Below, piece by piece: positions 1 through 10,369 of a DNA stretch of 64,000 nucleotides. Each line of letters begins with the position of its first letter. Position 1 is the stretch's first letter. The position numbers and the translations under genes are program-made. The notes beneath the pieces were generated by a model. That model was not told the DNA's origin. It was given only the letters and a program-made list of their open reading frames with translations, and made no database searches. The DNA is taken from positions 704,001 to 768,000 of the forward strand of contig CAXXQS010000001.1 of assembly GCA_963674735.2 (NCBI GenBank), written 5' to 3'. Source of the stretch: Myxococcota bacterium (GTDB lineage: Bacteria; Myxococcota_A; SURF-8).

Positions 1-2
1 AC

Positions 3-764
3 CTAACCGGTCGTAAGGACAAGGTCGGCGTGTTGGCGACAGGTTGCAATTCGCGCAATATCGTGATGCATATCAAGGAAAACCAGATCCAACGTGAACA
101 GCTGGTGGTGGTGGGTGTTCCGTGCACGGGTATGATCGATCCTAAGAAAGTTCGCGCCGCCGTTGATGGCAAAGAAATTCTCAGCGTCGAGGAAGAGGGC
201 GATCAAGTCGTGGTCACGGGTGATGGCTTTGAGAAGAGCCTGGCTGTGGCGGATGTGATGCAGAACAACTGTATGACCTGCGCTCGGCGTAATCCGGTTA
301 TCCATGATGAAATGGTTGCGCAAGAAGTTCCTGAACTGGATGCCGCCGAAGCCTATGCGGATGTCGCTTCGATCGAGAAGCTGGAAGACGAAGAACGCTG
401 GGACTCTTTCCAGGGTGCTTTCGAGACATGCATCCGCTGCTATGCTTGCCGCAATGCCTGTCCGTTGTGCTACTGTCCCACGTGTTTTGTCGATGAGGCC
501 AAGCCGCAGTGGATCGGCAAGAGCATCGATCCCAATGATACGCTGGCTTTTCACTTCCTGCGGGCGTTCCATATGGCCGGACGCTGCACGGATTGCGGGG
601 CATGCGAGCGTGCCTGCCCGGTGGATATTCCCGTACGCTATCTCACCAAGAAGCTCAACAAGGATACAAAGGGAATATTCGGCTACGAAGCAGGGATGAG
701 TGAAGATGGCAAGCCGCTGCTTGATGATTATAAAATAACGGACTTGAATGACTTTGTCCGCTAG
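3..764 (+). CDS. flxC: 4Fe-4S ferredoxin-type subunit, FlxC/FdhB-like (5' truncated by window edge)
   Basis: Frame open from position 3; CIRCYACRNACPLCYCPTC and HMAGRCTDCGACERACP motifs; upstream of AsrA- and AsrB-like genes as in flxDCBA operons. Confidence 0.75.
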   Translation, partial: LTGRKDKVGVLATGCNSRNIVMHIKENQIQREQLVVVGVPCTGMIDPKKVRAAVDGKEILSVEEEGDQVVVTGDGFEKSLAVADVMQNNCMTCARRNPVIHDEMVAQEVPELDAAEAYADVASIEKLEDEERWDSFQGAFETCIRCYACRNACPLCYCPTCFVDEAKPQWIGKSIDPNDTLAFHFLRAFHMAGRCTDCGACERACPVDIPVRYLTKKLNKDTKGIFGYEAGMSEDGKPLLDDYKITDLNDFVR

Positions 765-782
765 GCAAAGCGAGGGTGTTTC

Positions 783-1841
783 ATGATTGAGAAAACCTAT
801 ACGAAAGATCAATGGCAAAGCGCCGTGATGAAGCTTGCGTTGTCGGAAAAAGTCATCGCACCGGTCAAGAAAGGTGCGCATACGACCTTCGACGTTTTGG
901 AAAGCAACGTTCAGCCCGACTTCGAAACGCTGAAGACGCGTTTGTCTCCCAAAGGGGTGCTTTTCCCGCAATCGGAACGCATGTTCAACTACTCGCTCGA
1001 TCCGGCTGATGAAGAGCGAGGCATACTCAAAGACGACAAGGCCGCCTTTGAACCGCAGAGTGTTGTGGGATTACGGCCATGCGATGCGTTCTCCTTTGAG
1101 CTGGTTAAGCTCAACTTCGATACGCCGGAGTATCGCGATCCCTGGTGGACCGGGCGATATGATATGACGACGTTCGTTGGAGCTGCTTGCAATCAGCCAG
1201 GTCAAACCTGTTTCTGCACATCGGTGGGAGCCGCTCCTCACGGTGAAGCCGGTCTCGATGTTTTAACGACCGATTTGGGCGATACTCTTTACGTCCGGGC
1301 GTTGACAGAAAAAGGCGAAAAGTGGCTTGCCAAGCTAGAAGGTGGGGACGCCGCCAACGGTGAACACAAAGCCAAATCGGCTGAGTTGGCGAAAGTTTCC
1401 GCAAGCAAGGTTCCGTCGAAAGTCGAAACCGGCAACTTGAAAAAACTCTCCGAAAAAGAACTTTTCGAGGCACCGTTTTGGAAAACGATTGCCGAGGGTT
1501 GCATCAATTGTGGAGCCTGTACGTTCTCCTGTCCGACCTGCTGGTGTTTCGACATTCAGGATGAAACGTCGCCAAAAGAAAAGCAGGGCGATCGCATGCG
1601 CAACTGGGATTCTTGCATGTTCCCGCTATTCACGCGACACAGCTCCGGACATAATCCGCGCGGAGAGAAGTACCAGCGGGTGCGCCAGCGTTTCATGCAT
1701 AAGCTGAAATACTATCTGGAGCGTCAAGGAGAGCATGTCCTGTGTGTTGGATGTGGGCGTTGTGTTGAACTCTGCCCCGCCAATATCGATATCCGGACGA
1801 TCTGTGAAACCATGAACGCCTATGTCGGGAAAGGAGAATAA
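783..1841 (+). CDS. flxB: 4Fe-4S dicluster protein, FlxB / AsrA-like
   Basis: GLRPCD, CFCTS, CINCGACTFSCPTCWCF, RNWDSC, RQRFMHK and CVGCGRCVELCP motifs. Confidence 0.8.
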   Translation: MIEKTYTKDQWQSAVMKLALSEKVIAPVKKGAHTTFDVLESNVQPDFETLKTRLSPKGVLFPQSERMFNYSLDPADEERGILKDDKAAFEPQSVVGLRPCDAFSFELVKLNFDTPEYRDPWWTGRYDMTTFVGAACNQPGQTCFCTSVGAAPHGEAGLDVLTTDLGDTLYVRALTEKGEKWLAKLEGGDAANGEHKAKSAELAKVSASKVPSKVETGNLKKLSEKELFEAPFWKTIAEGCINCGACTFSCPTCWCFDIQDETSPKEKQGDRMRNWDSCMFPLFTRHSSGHNPRGEKYQRVRQRFMHKLKYYLERQGEHVLCVGCGRCVELCPANIDIRTICETMNAYVGKGE

Positions 1842-1843
1842 TC

Positions 1844-2710
1844 ATGGCTTGCGCTTGTCAGAATGCTTATAAGCCGATCCCGATGCGGATTGAAGATATT
1901 TTTATTGAAACCGAAGACCGGAGCTTACGCACGTTCAAGCTGACTTTCGTCAACTCGGACGATGAAAAGGCTTTCAGTTTCCATGCCGGTCAGTTCGCCG
2001 AGATTTCGGTTCCCGGTATGGGTGAAATTCCTATCGGGATTGCTTCTTCGCCTACCGAGAAGGGCTTTTTGTCTTTTACCATCCAGAAAATGGGGACGGT
2101 TACCAGTTATTTACACTCCATGAAAGTGGGTGACGTGATCGGGATCCGCGGTCCTTTGGGTAATTGGTATCCCTGGGAGCGTATGGAAGGCAAGAACGTC
2201 GTGATCGTGGGTGGTGGTTGTGCTTTTTCAACCCTGCGTTCATCCATCGTGTATATGCTGGATCCGGCCAATCGTGCGAAATACAAAGACATCCTGGTCG
2301 TTTATGGTGCCCGTAGCCTGGGTCATCTGCTCTACCGTGATGAGATCTTGGCCTGGAATGAGAGCGATCAGCTCGATATGAATATCACGGTTGACGGCAT
2401 CCAGGAAGACGAAGAAGCTCCGAACTGGCGCTGCAGCATCGGCTTTGTCCCGACGGCTGTGAAGGAAAAAGTCACCGATGCCACCAACGCCATCGCCTTG
2501 GTGTGTGGTCCGCCAGCGATGATTCGTTTTACGAAGCCGGTGCTTAAGGATGCCGGTTTTACGGACGAGCAGATTATTCTCTCGCTGGAAAATCGCATGA
2601 AATGCGGTATCGGAATGTGTGGGCGTTGCAATGTGGGCGATAAGTTTGTCTGCAAAGACGGCCCTGTCTTCACCTTAGCCGAATTGAACCAGTTGCCGGA
2701 AGATTATTGA
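1844..2710 (+). CDS. flxA: FAD/NAD(P)-binding oxidoreductase with 2Fe-2S, FlxA / AsrB-like
   Basis: GQFAEI, RGPLGN, GGG, YGARS, VCGPPAM and MKCGIGMCGRCN...CKDGPVF motifs. Confidence 0.85.
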   Translation: MACACQNAYKPIPMRIEDIFIETEDRSLRTFKLTFVNSDDEKAFSFHAGQFAEISVPGMGEIPIGIASSPTEKGFLSFTIQKMGTVTSYLHSMKVGDVIGIRGPLGNWYPWERMEGKNVVIVGGGCAFSTLRSSIVYMLDPANRAKYKDILVVYGARSLGHLLYRDEILAWNESDQLDMNITVDGIQEDEEAPNWRCSIGFVPTAVKEKVTDATNAIALVCGPPAMIRFTKPVLKDAGFTDEQIILSLENRMKCGIGMCGRCNVGDKFVCKDGPVFTLAELNQLPEDY

Positions 2711-2774
2711 TCCAAAAGCGGTGTAGAAGACGGTTTGTAAAGCGATCGGATAAGATTCTTAGCAAACGCAGACG

Positions 2775-2809
2775 AGACGCCCTTCACCATGTGGGGGGTG
2801 TCTTTTTTT
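2775..2809 (+). terminator. Intrinsic terminator after the flx operon
   Basis: agacgcccttcac-cat-gtggggggtgtct hairpin followed by a T run. Confidence 0.7.
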
Positions 2810-2924
2810 GTATTATTTGGAAAATCTGAAGGAGTCTATTGCCGTATTGCCTGCAAAAGACTCGACAATAATGGCATAGAATCGTATAGTCTTGGAGCCT
2901 TGGTCTTACAATGGGACTCCAAGC

Positions 2925-4394
2925 ATGACCGTCGAAATGATTCAAAAATGTGGGTTGGAGCTTCTAAACTTATGCTCGCAAGCGGTGATGGTGGTCGATG
3001 TGAACGGCCTGATCGTTTTCATCAATTCCGCTGCCGTCTCTTGGCTTCACAAGTCATCTGCTGAACTGTTTGAAACGTCTATATTAAGTATTCTTCCCAG
3101 TTTGAGCGAGTTGTTCCCAGCCGAACAATCGGAACGATCAGGTCGATACACGTCATCTGATACCAATCTGGAAGAGGTTGACTTCCAGTATCGAATGACC
3201 CCGCTTGCCGTATCCGAAACAGTGGACGGTGGGTTATTCCTTCTAAACTTCGAAATGCAGACGGATCCATCCGCTGACGATCTGTTGCGTGCCTCGCGGC
3301 GTCAACTGGAAGACATTATCGCCTTTCTTCCCGATCCCACCATGGCGATCGATACGGACGGGCGTGTTATTGCATGGAACCGGGCCATCGAGGCTCTCAC
3401 CGGCGCATCGGCTGAACAGATGTTGGGAAAGGGAAACTACGAATATTCAATCCCTATATATGGATTTCGTCGCCCCATTTTGATCGATATTTTGTTGCAT
3501 CCGGGTATTGTTGTGGATGCTACTTACAATTTTCTGACCCTAGGCCCGGACATGTTGACCGCCGAAACCACGACGAACCGTTTAGGAGCAGGAACCCGAT
3601 ATTTGTGGGCGAAAGCTTGTATTCTCTATGATGATGCGGGAAACAAGGTCGGGGCCATTGAATCGATTCGTGATATAACGGAAATGCGGGAACGAGAGGA
3701 ACAACTCCTTAAGTACCAACGACAGCTACGTGAACTCAGTTCCGAACTTTCGCTGGCGGAAGAACGGGAACGCCGAACGTTAGCGCAGAACCTGCACGAT
3801 CACGTGGGGCAGAAGCTGGCCATTTCGAAAATGCATCTCGGTATGGCCAAAGATCAAGCGAAAGAGGAAACTTTAAAGAATACGCTTCGGGAAGTGTATG
3901 GCACGATCGATCAAATCATCGACGATATTCAGAGCCTGACTTTCGAACTGAGTTCCCCCCTTCTTTTTGGAGAAGGCCTTGAAGCTGCGTTGAAGGATCT
4001 GGGGGAGCAGTTGCTGTCTCGTTACAAACTCCGGTCTTCGTTTATGTCGCTTGGGGTTCCGGCCGGTTTGTCGGAAAGTCTGATCATTACCGTATACAAA
4101 GTTGTTCGGGAGTTGCTATATAATATCATCAAGCATGCCGAGGCTGCTGCTGTCGAGATTTTGGTCTCTTCGGATGATGAGGTCGTTTCGGTGGTAGTCT
4201 CCGATGATGGGAAAGGATTTCGGCCTGAAATTCTCACCGGCCACTTGGAGGGCAAGGGGCGTTTTGGCCTTTTCAGCGTCAAAGAGCGGGTCGATTTCCT
4301 TGGTGGCAATATGGATATCGAATCCGAACCCGGACAAGGGACGCGTATCAGTATCCATGTTCCGCATCTGATCAGAATAGAGGGAGCAACATGA
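2925..4394 (+). CDS. Cytoplasmic PAS-domain sensor histidine kinase (NarX/UhpB type, HisKA_3)
   Basis: Two PAS-like regions (WNRAIEALTG), ERRTLAQNLHDHVGQ H-box, NIIKHA N-box, DDGKGF and GRFGL boxes; start may be 2892 or 2925. Confidence 0.9.
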   Translation: MTVEMIQKCGLELLNLCSQAVMVVDVNGLIVFINSAAVSWLHKSSAELFETSILSILPSLSELFPAEQSERSGRYTSSDTNLEEVDFQYRMTPLAVSETVDGGLFLLNFEMQTDPSADDLLRASRRQLEDIIAFLPDPTMAIDTDGRVIAWNRAIEALTGASAEQMLGKGNYEYSIPIYGFRRPILIDILLHPGIVVDATYNFLTLGPDMLTAETTTNRLGAGTRYLWAKACILYDDAGNKVGAIESIRDITEMREREEQLLKYQRQLRELSSELSLAEERERRTLAQNLHDHVGQKLAISKMHLGMAKDQAKEETLKNTLREVYGTIDQIIDDIQSLTFELSSPLLFGEGLEAALKDLGEQLLSRYKLRSSFMSLGVPAGLSESLIITVYKVVRELLYNIIKHAEAAAVEILVSSDDEVVSVVVSDDGKGFRPEILTGHLEGKGRFGLFSVKERVDFLGGNMDIESEPGQGTRISIHVPHLIRIEGAT

Positions 4395-5038
4395 CCATTA
4401 AACTGTTGATCGCGGATGATCATCTAGTGGTGAGAGAAGGTATGCGCGCCATGTTGAAATCCGTCCCGGATATGGACGTTGTCGGCGAGGCCGAGGACGG
4501 TCGTCAAGCTGTGGATTTGTGTCGCGTGTTGAAACCGGATTTGGTGATCATGGATATCTCGATGCCGGTACTTGGCGGCGTGGAGGCCACGCGCGAAATC
4601 AAGGCCGAGAATCCGAGAGTTCGAGTGCTGGCTTTATCCATGCATACTCAAAAACATTTCATCCAAAATGTACTGGAAGCCGGAGCTTCGGGATATTTAC
4701 TGAAAACGTGTATTTCCGAAGAAATCAGGGATGCGATCCGAAAGATCATTGCCGGCGAAACTTATATTTGCAGTAAAATATCCAATGTCGTGGTCGATGC
4801 GTACGTCGAGCAATTCCAGAGTCGTGAATCAGGTTATGCTCGCTTGTCGCCCCGGGAGAGACAGGTTGTGCAATTGCTGGCCGAAGGCAAGCGCACCAAG
4901 GATATCGCTCAGGATCTGCACATCAGTCCGCGCACGGTGGAGGTTTATCGGGCGCAGATTATGAAAAAACTGAATTTCGAGTCGATGGCCGACCTAGTCA
5001 AGTTTGCGATCCGCGAAGGAATGACGTCCCTAGACTAA
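4391..5038 (+). CDS. NarL/LuxR family response regulator
   Basis: IADDH, MDISMP, GASGYLLK receiver; LSPRERQV...ISPRTVEVYR HTH; ATGA overlap with the kinase. Confidence 0.95.
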   Translation: MTIKLLIADDHLVVREGMRAMLKSVPDMDVVGEAEDGRQAVDLCRVLKPDLVIMDISMPVLGGVEATREIKAENPRVRVLALSMHTQKHFIQNVLEAGASGYLLKTCISEEIRDAIRKIIAGETYICSKISNVVVDAYVEQFQSRESGYARLSPRERQVVQLLAEGKRTKDIAQDLHISPRTVEVYRAQIMKKLNFESMADLVKFAIREGMTSLD

Positions 5039-5342
5039 GTCCCCGAATATTAAGGCGAAATTAGTAAAAGACAAATATTCTTCACCCCGTCACCCGCCTC
5101 TTGTTTGATCGCCTACGCAGTATTACGTAACCCTAAAAATAAGTAATTACGGAGTCAACTTTATTGGCGATCGGCCGTATTATGGCTTATGGGAAGATCG
5201 GCCATTAGGCAACCCGGTAATTCGGCCGATTATTATTGTAAAACTTTATAAAATGACATTGCACCTTAAATTAAAAAATTTCAGTTGATGTGGTTCGTAT
5301 TAAAAAAAAACAATTTGTACCAAAGGCATAGTGAAAGGGTGA

Positions 5343-5876
5343 ATGATGGCAAATGAAAAACAAGAGCTCACAGGGGCGTCGCTGGCTGGGAAGTATATGA
5401 CTTTCAAGCTGGCGGCGGAGGAGTACGGGCTTGAGATTCTGAAAGTCCGTGAAATTATAGGATTAATGGACATAACCCGTGTTCCGCGGACGCCGGAATT
5501 CATGCGGGGAGTGATCAATCTGCGGGGGAAGGTCATTCCGGTTGTGGATTTGCGGCTGAAGTTTGGGATGGAGGAAGCCGAGGCCACCGACCAGACGGTT
5601 ATCATCGTGGTGCAGCTGATCGCGGGGGATACCGAGCTGACGATGGGCATTGTGGTGGATGAGGTGTTGGAAGTGTTGGATATCGAACCGTCCCAGATCG
5701 AGCCTCCGCCGAGTTTCGGGGGGACTCAGGTGGATACGGATTTCATTTTGGGGGTGGGCAAGTCAGATAAGCGCGTTATTTTTCTGCTGGATATCAACAA
5801 AGTTTTAACGGCGGCAGAGATTCTTAGCTTGGAAAGTACCCATCAAGGACAAGAAACCGGACAGCAAGCTGGATAG
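5343..5876 (+). CDS. cheW: Chemotaxis coupling protein CheW
   Basis: EEYGLEILKVREII, GVINLRGKVIPVVDLR, GIVVDEV. Confidence 0.95.
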   Translation: MMANEKQELTGASLAGKYMTFKLAAEEYGLEILKVREIIGLMDITRVPRTPEFMRGVINLRGKVIPVVDLRLKFGMEEAEATDQTVIIVVQLIAGDTELTMGIVVDEVLEVLDIEPSQIEPPPSFGGTQVDTDFILGVGKSDKRVIFLLDINKVLTAAEILSLESTHQGQETGQQAG

Positions 5877-5930
5877 CAATAAAATTCCTTCGATGTCAAA
5901 TATCGAAATAAGGGAACGCAAGGAGGCCAC

Positions 5931-8360
5931 ATGTTTAAGAATCTGAAGATCGGGACCAAAATGATCAGTGCGTTTGTCGGAATCGCTTTGATCGGTGTCG
6001 TGATCGGTGTTTTCGGGCTCAACGGAGCGAGTACGATCACTGATAGTATGAAGGAAATCAGTGATGTGCGACTTCCATCCGTGAAGAACCTGCTGGTTGT
6101 CAGCCAATCCCAGAAAAAAGTATTAACCGGTGAACGCGGCTTGCTCATTCAGCGCATGTTTCAGGATCCCAAAGTGCGCAACGCTCAATACGCCTACATC
6201 GAAAAGGCTTACCAGGAAGCGGAAGAAGGATGGAAAGCCTATGAATCTCTGCCGAAAGATCCGGAAGAGGCGCAATTGTGGAATGCCTTCACGCCTGCTT
6301 GGAAAGAATGGACCCGACAGCAGGGAGAGGTAGTCGATATCTCGAAAGACAAGGGTCGATTGGTAGATAGTGGAATCACGGCGGGTGATGAACGGCTGGG
6401 TGCGTTGGATGATAAATTGATGGCCGCTTCGCTGGAGGCGCGCCAAGGTTTTCTGAAGGCTGAAAAAGCGCTGAATACCCTTGTTGCCAAGATTGAAGAG
6501 TTGGCCCAAAACGCGAGTGCGCGCGGAGATGACGCAGCTGGCAGCGCCCGAAGCCTGATCTTGGCCGTAATGGTGTTGGGCGGTGTTTTGGCTGTACTGA
6601 TCGGTTTCTTGTTCTCACGGAGCTTGACCATCCCCATTCGTCGTATGGCCGAAGTGGCCGGAAACCTTGCGGAAGGTGACATCGATCAGGACGTGCAGGT
6701 GACCAGTCACGACGAAATCGGTCAACTTGGAGAGGCTTTCCAACGCATGATCGAGGCGCAGAAAGAGATGGCGCATGCCGCGCAAGCTGTAGGACGAGGG
6801 GATCTCAGTGTTTCGATTCGCGTAAAATCGGGTCGTGACGTCCTGGCAAGTGCGTTGAAAGAGATGGTGGAATCGATCCAGTCGTTGAAGTCCGAGTTGC
6901 AGAAGACGATCGATCAGCAGAAGGCGGGCGAGCTCGACGCGCGCAGCAATGCCGGTCAGTTCCAGGGTGCGTATGCGGATCTGGCGCAGGGTATGAACGA
7001 TGCGTTGGACGCGATTGCCAATCCGGTGATGGAATCGATCGAGATTCTGGGCGAATATGCCGACGGCGATCTGAGCAAGGAAATGCGCAAGTTGCCGGGC
7101 AAGCAGATCGTCTTGACCAACGGACTGAACCTGATTCGCAAGAACCTGTTGAGTCTGGTTGAGGAACTCAAGGCCCTGATTAACGCGGCGGTGGCGGGTC
7201 AATTGTCCAAACGCGGAGACGCGGGGCAGTTCAAGGGTGCTTACAAGGAAATCCTGCAAGGCACCAACGACCTGTTGCAGGCGGTGGTGGAGCCGCTCAA
7301 CGAAGCGAACGAAGTGTTGGAAGTGCTGTCCAACAACGACCTGCGGGCGCGCGTGAAGGGCAGCTACCAGGGCGATCTGGACAAGCTCAAGAGCGCCATC
7401 AATCGGACGGCGGAAGTTCTGCACGACGCGCTGTGCCAGGTGGCTGAGGGCACCGAGCAGGTGTCGAGCGCGGGCCATCAGATCGCATCGTCGAGTCAGT
7501 CGGTGGCCTCGGGTGCGTCCGAGCAGGCCAGTTCGCTGGAAGAAACCTCCAGTTCGTTGGAGGAAATGGCTTCCATGACCAAGCAGAATGCCGATAACGC
7601 GCTGCAGGCCAACAGTATGGTGCAGACGACCCATAAGGCGGCCGAAGAGGGTGGCGTGTCGATGAAGCAGATGATCGAGGCGATGGGCCAGATCAAGAGT
7701 GCGGCGGAAGGGACGGCGGCGATTATCCGCGACATCAACGAGATCGCGTTCCAGACGAATCTTCTGGCGCTCAATGCGGCGGTGGAAGCGGCGCGCGCCG
7801 GTGAGGCGGGCCGCGGGTTCGCGGTGGTAGCCGAGGAAGTACGTAACTTGGCGCTGCGCTCGAAAGAAGCGGCGGCGAAGACCGAGGCGCTGATCAACCA
7901 GAGCGTGAATCTGGCGGGGAGCGGCGAGGGGATTTCGCACGAAGTGGATGCCAAACTGGCCGAGATCGTGGCGTCGGTGGGCAAGGTGACGGAGATCGTG
8001 GGCGAAATCGCGACGGCCAGCCAGGAACAGAGCCGCGGCATCGAGCAGGTGAATTCGGCGGTGGCGCAGATGGACCAGGTGACGCAGCAGAACGCCGCGA
8101 ACTCCGAAGAATCCTCCAGCGCCGCGCAGGAACTCTCCAGCCAGGCCGCCGAACTCCAGAACCTGGTCGGACAGTTTGCCTTGGATCGTCGTCAAAGTGT
8201 TTCCACCAAGGTATACAAGAAAGAAAAATCGAAGCCGGCATTACCTGCTGGAAGTAATGGAAGCGGGGTTGGGGCGTTCGATATGCAGAAGAGTGGAATT
8301 CGGCTTTCGCCTGAGGACGTTATTCCTCTCGAAAACGATCCTGATTTCTCCGAGTTCTAA
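5931..8360 (+). CDS. Methyl-accepting chemotaxis protein (four-helix-bundle sensor, multiple HAMP)
   Basis: Two TM helices, HAMP (DEIGQL), [34 protein letters not shown] hairpin tip, C-terminal DFSEF pentapeptide. Confidence 0.97.
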   Translation: MFKNLKIGTKMISAFVGIALIGVVIGVFGLNGASTITDSMKEISDVRLPSVKNLLVVSQSQKKVLTGERGLLIQRMFQDPKVRNAQYAYIEKAYQEAEEGWKAYESLPKDPEEAQLWNAFTPAWKEWTRQQGEVVDISKDKGRLVDSGITAGDERLGALDDKLMAASLEARQGFLKAEKALNTLVAKIEELAQNASARGDDAAGSARSLILAVMVLGGVLAVLIGFLFSRSLTIPIRRMAEVAGNLAEGDIDQDVQVTSHDEIGQLGEAFQRMIEAQKEMAHAAQAVGRGDLSVSIRVKSGRDVLASALKEMVESIQSLKSELQKTIDQQKAGELDARSNAGQFQGAYADLAQGMNDALDAIANPVMESIEILGEYADGDLSKEMRKLPGKQIVLTNGLNLIRKNLLSLVEELKALINAAVAGQLSKRGDAGQFKGAYKEILQGTNDLLQAVVEPLNEANEVLEVLSNNDLRARVKGSYQGDLDKLKSAINRTAEVLHDALCQVAEGTEQVSSAGHQIASSSQSVASGASEQASSLEETSSSLEEMASMTKQNADNALQANSMVQTTHKAAEEGGVSMKQMIEAMGQIKSAAEGTAAIIRDINEIAFQTNLLALNAAVEAARAGEAGRGFAVVAEEVRNLALRSKEAAAKTEALINQSVNLAGSGEGISHEVDAKLAEIVASVGKVTEIVGEIATASQEQSRGIEQVNSAVAQMDQVTQQNAANSEESSSAAQELSSQAAELQNLVGQFALDRRQSVSTKVYKKEKSKPALPAGSNGSGVGAFDMQKSGIRLSPEDVIPLENDPDFSEF

Positions 8361-8388
8361 AATATCCTTCGCACTTACATGATCGAAG

Positions 8389-8420
8389 AAAAAACCGGCG
8401 GGCTTTTAGGCCCGCCGGTT
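8389..8420. terminator. Hairpin terminator between convergent genes
   Basis: aaccggcgggc...gcccgccggtt stem with an A-run on the left, giving a U-tract on the minus strand. Confidence 0.75.
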
Positions 8421-8444
8421 GAGTTTGATGACCATACTCGGAAA

Positions 8445-8843
8445 TTAGTGACCGCCGCAGCCCCCGCCGTGATGATCTCCACCGCCGCCGCAGACTTGGG
8501 CGGGACCGAATTTAGGTGCTTGGCCGCTCAGGATGCGTTCAACCGCTTTTTCAACGGTTTGGGCGTCTTCGTTATAGTAAACATCGATGCCGACTTGCTG
8601 AAAACCGGATAGGGGGCGCATACCCATTCCTCCGGCAGCTAAAATTTGTACATTGGCGTTTTTCAACAACATAACCGGAGCCATGCAGCCGCCCTGTGCG
8701 TGGCCTTCGTTGGTAAGTGTTTCAATGTTGGTGATGGTTTGCTCATCGGTATCGATGAGGGTGAAGACATCGCAATGACCAAAGTGCGATGATACCGTGG
8801 CTTGCAAGCCGCCGGGTGCCATGCTGGGAACCGCTATCCGCAT
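8445..8843 (-). CDS. NifB/NifX-family (FeMo-cofactor biosynthesis domain) metal-binding protein
   Basis: MRIAVPS, HFGHCDVF, GGMG motifs; C-terminal Cys/His/Gly tail. Confidence 0.85.
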   Translation of the reverse strand: MRIAVPSMAPGGLQATVSSHFGHCDVFTLIDTDEQTITNIETLTNEGHAQGGCMAPVMLLKNANVQILAAGGMGMRPLSGFQQVGIDVYYNEDAQTVEKAVERILSGQAPKFGPAQVCGGGGDHHGGGCGGH

Positions 8844-8972
8844 GAGTAAATTCTCCTGTGTAATTAACCTCGAATGACCCGTCGACTACGTTCAGACCGA
8901 TCGGGGAACTGTTACAGAGGGAAGATAACAACGCTTTAAGGTTAAATCAACCCTATCAAGCATAAAAGTAGG

Positions 8973-8997
8973 AAAAAAGCCGCCCCGAGGGCGGCTT
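8973..8997 (-). terminator. Intrinsic terminator
   Basis: aaaaaagccgccccgagggcggctt downstream of the minus-strand gene. Confidence 0.8.
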
Positions 8998-9028
8998 AAT
9001 TTAGAAAGAGGAGAGACAGATCGAGAGC

Positions 9029-10177
9029 TTAGGGGATAGCCGTCACACTCACCCCGTAATGGTCCGACAAGCGTGATGTTACGGTTTCTCCTTCAACGTC
9101 GAAACTGATTTCGTTATCCAATATCCGCGCGGTTTCGAAGGTGGTGCCGTCTGCTGATTGGCCGAACAGAACGTGATCGATGATGATATCGTCACGACTG
9201 CCGGTGAGTGGATTCTCGACACACCAGGAGCACGGGCTGTCCGTCGCTTCTACATACGGCGCATTCAGGTTGGCATCCTCGAATTTGCTGAAGTTTTCGG
9301 GGTGTTCGGAATCCAATGTCTCTGTTTCGGGGCCGCAATTCATGTCTCCCATCAACACATAGAAAGACTCGGCGGAAGCATCGGCGATATGATCCAACAT
9401 CGTATCGATCTGCATGCCTTGTTCTTCGCTCCAGGAACCGAAGTCGCCGCCATAATTGACGTCGCTCAAGTCGGCGGTGAGGTGGGTGCAGTATACGTCA
9501 ATCAGGTCGAAACCGTCGGCTTCGATCGAGGCCGATAACAGCACCCGCCGGTTCAGGTAGGAATCGAAAACAAAATGGCTTGTTTGGGTAAGGGGAAGTT
9601 TGGAAAGAAGCAGCAAGCCGTTGTGCCCATCATAGGCCAAGCTGCCACCGCCACCGGCTGCGCAAGCCGTGAATATTTCCTCGACTTCTTTGCCAAGGTT
9701 GGCTGCGATACAACCCGTGCACTCCGGAGAGAGAGAGCCGAATTCCGTCGCGCATTTGTCGAGGGCGCAAGTGGCGATATTCGCAGGATCGACTTCTCCG
9801 CAGTTTGTTTCAACGCAGGTTTTGAGCGGTGTGCTTTCTTCTTCCGTGCAGGCCGCATCCGCATTGTCATCAACGGTGTCATCTTCCGTGATTTTATAAA
9901 ATGAGTAGGGGAATGCTTCTTGAGTGGCGCTAAGCAGAGCGTCGATGTCAGCTTGATCCCACACTTCCTGCAAACACACGACATCGGCATCGAGATCAGC
10001 CAGAGCAGCACCGATCAGCGGCTGGCGTTCGGGAGCATAGTCGACGTATCCCAGCGCCAAGCCTGCATTGTAGGTAGCGAAACGGATGGGTGCCATATCA
10101 TCGTCCGAGGACGAACAAGCGGCGATTAGACCGGCTAGCATGACGGTTGCGACGATCAAAGTGATTGGTTTCATCAT
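9029..10177 (-). CDS. Endonuclease/exonuclease/phosphatase (EEP) family lipoprotein
   Basis: Lipobox IAAC; ATYNAG, LQEV, CTHL, MGDMN, IDHV and SDHYGV motifs. Confidence 0.85.
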   Translation of the reverse strand: MMKPITLIVATVMLAGLIAACSSSDDDMAPIRFATYNAGLALGYVDYAPERQPLIGAALADLDADVVCLQEVWDQADIDALLSATQEAFPYSFYKITEDDTVDDNADAACTEEESTPLKTCVETNCGEVDPANIATCALDKCATEFGSLSPECTGCIAANLGKEVEEIFTACAAGGGGSLAYDGHNGLLLLSKLPLTQTSHFVFDSYLNRRVLLSASIEADGFDLIDVYCTHLTADLSDVNYGGDFGSWSEEQGMQIDTMLDHIADASAESFYVLMGDMNCGPETETLDSEHPENFSKFEDANLNAPYVEATDSPCSWCVENPLTGSRDDIIIDHVLFGQSADGTTFETARILDNEISFDVEGETVTSRLSDHYGVSVTAIP

Positions 10178-10318
10178 GAATCCCCTTTTTAGTTCATGTT
10201 TGATATCACGGAAAAATTTCTTAGAGCGTTAACTTCCAGCTAATAATAGCCGGTTTAAACGGATTGCCAAGTAAAAATAGCAGGCTTTAGCGAGAGGTGT
10301 ATGTTGAGGATAGGCACG

Positions 10319-10342
10319 AAAAAGCCGCCCCGAAGGGCGGCT
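10319..10342 (-). terminator. Intrinsic terminator
   Basis: aaaaagccgccccgaagggcggct. Confidence 0.8.
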
Positions 10343-10369
10343 CTCAACCAGCAAGCCATCAATTGATGA

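Noticed and set aside
6615-8195. 526-aa antisense ORF
   Set aside because: Shadow of the GC3-rich MCP gene; no motifs. The same applies to 3..971, 54915..55862, 60864..62057 and similar antisense ORFs.
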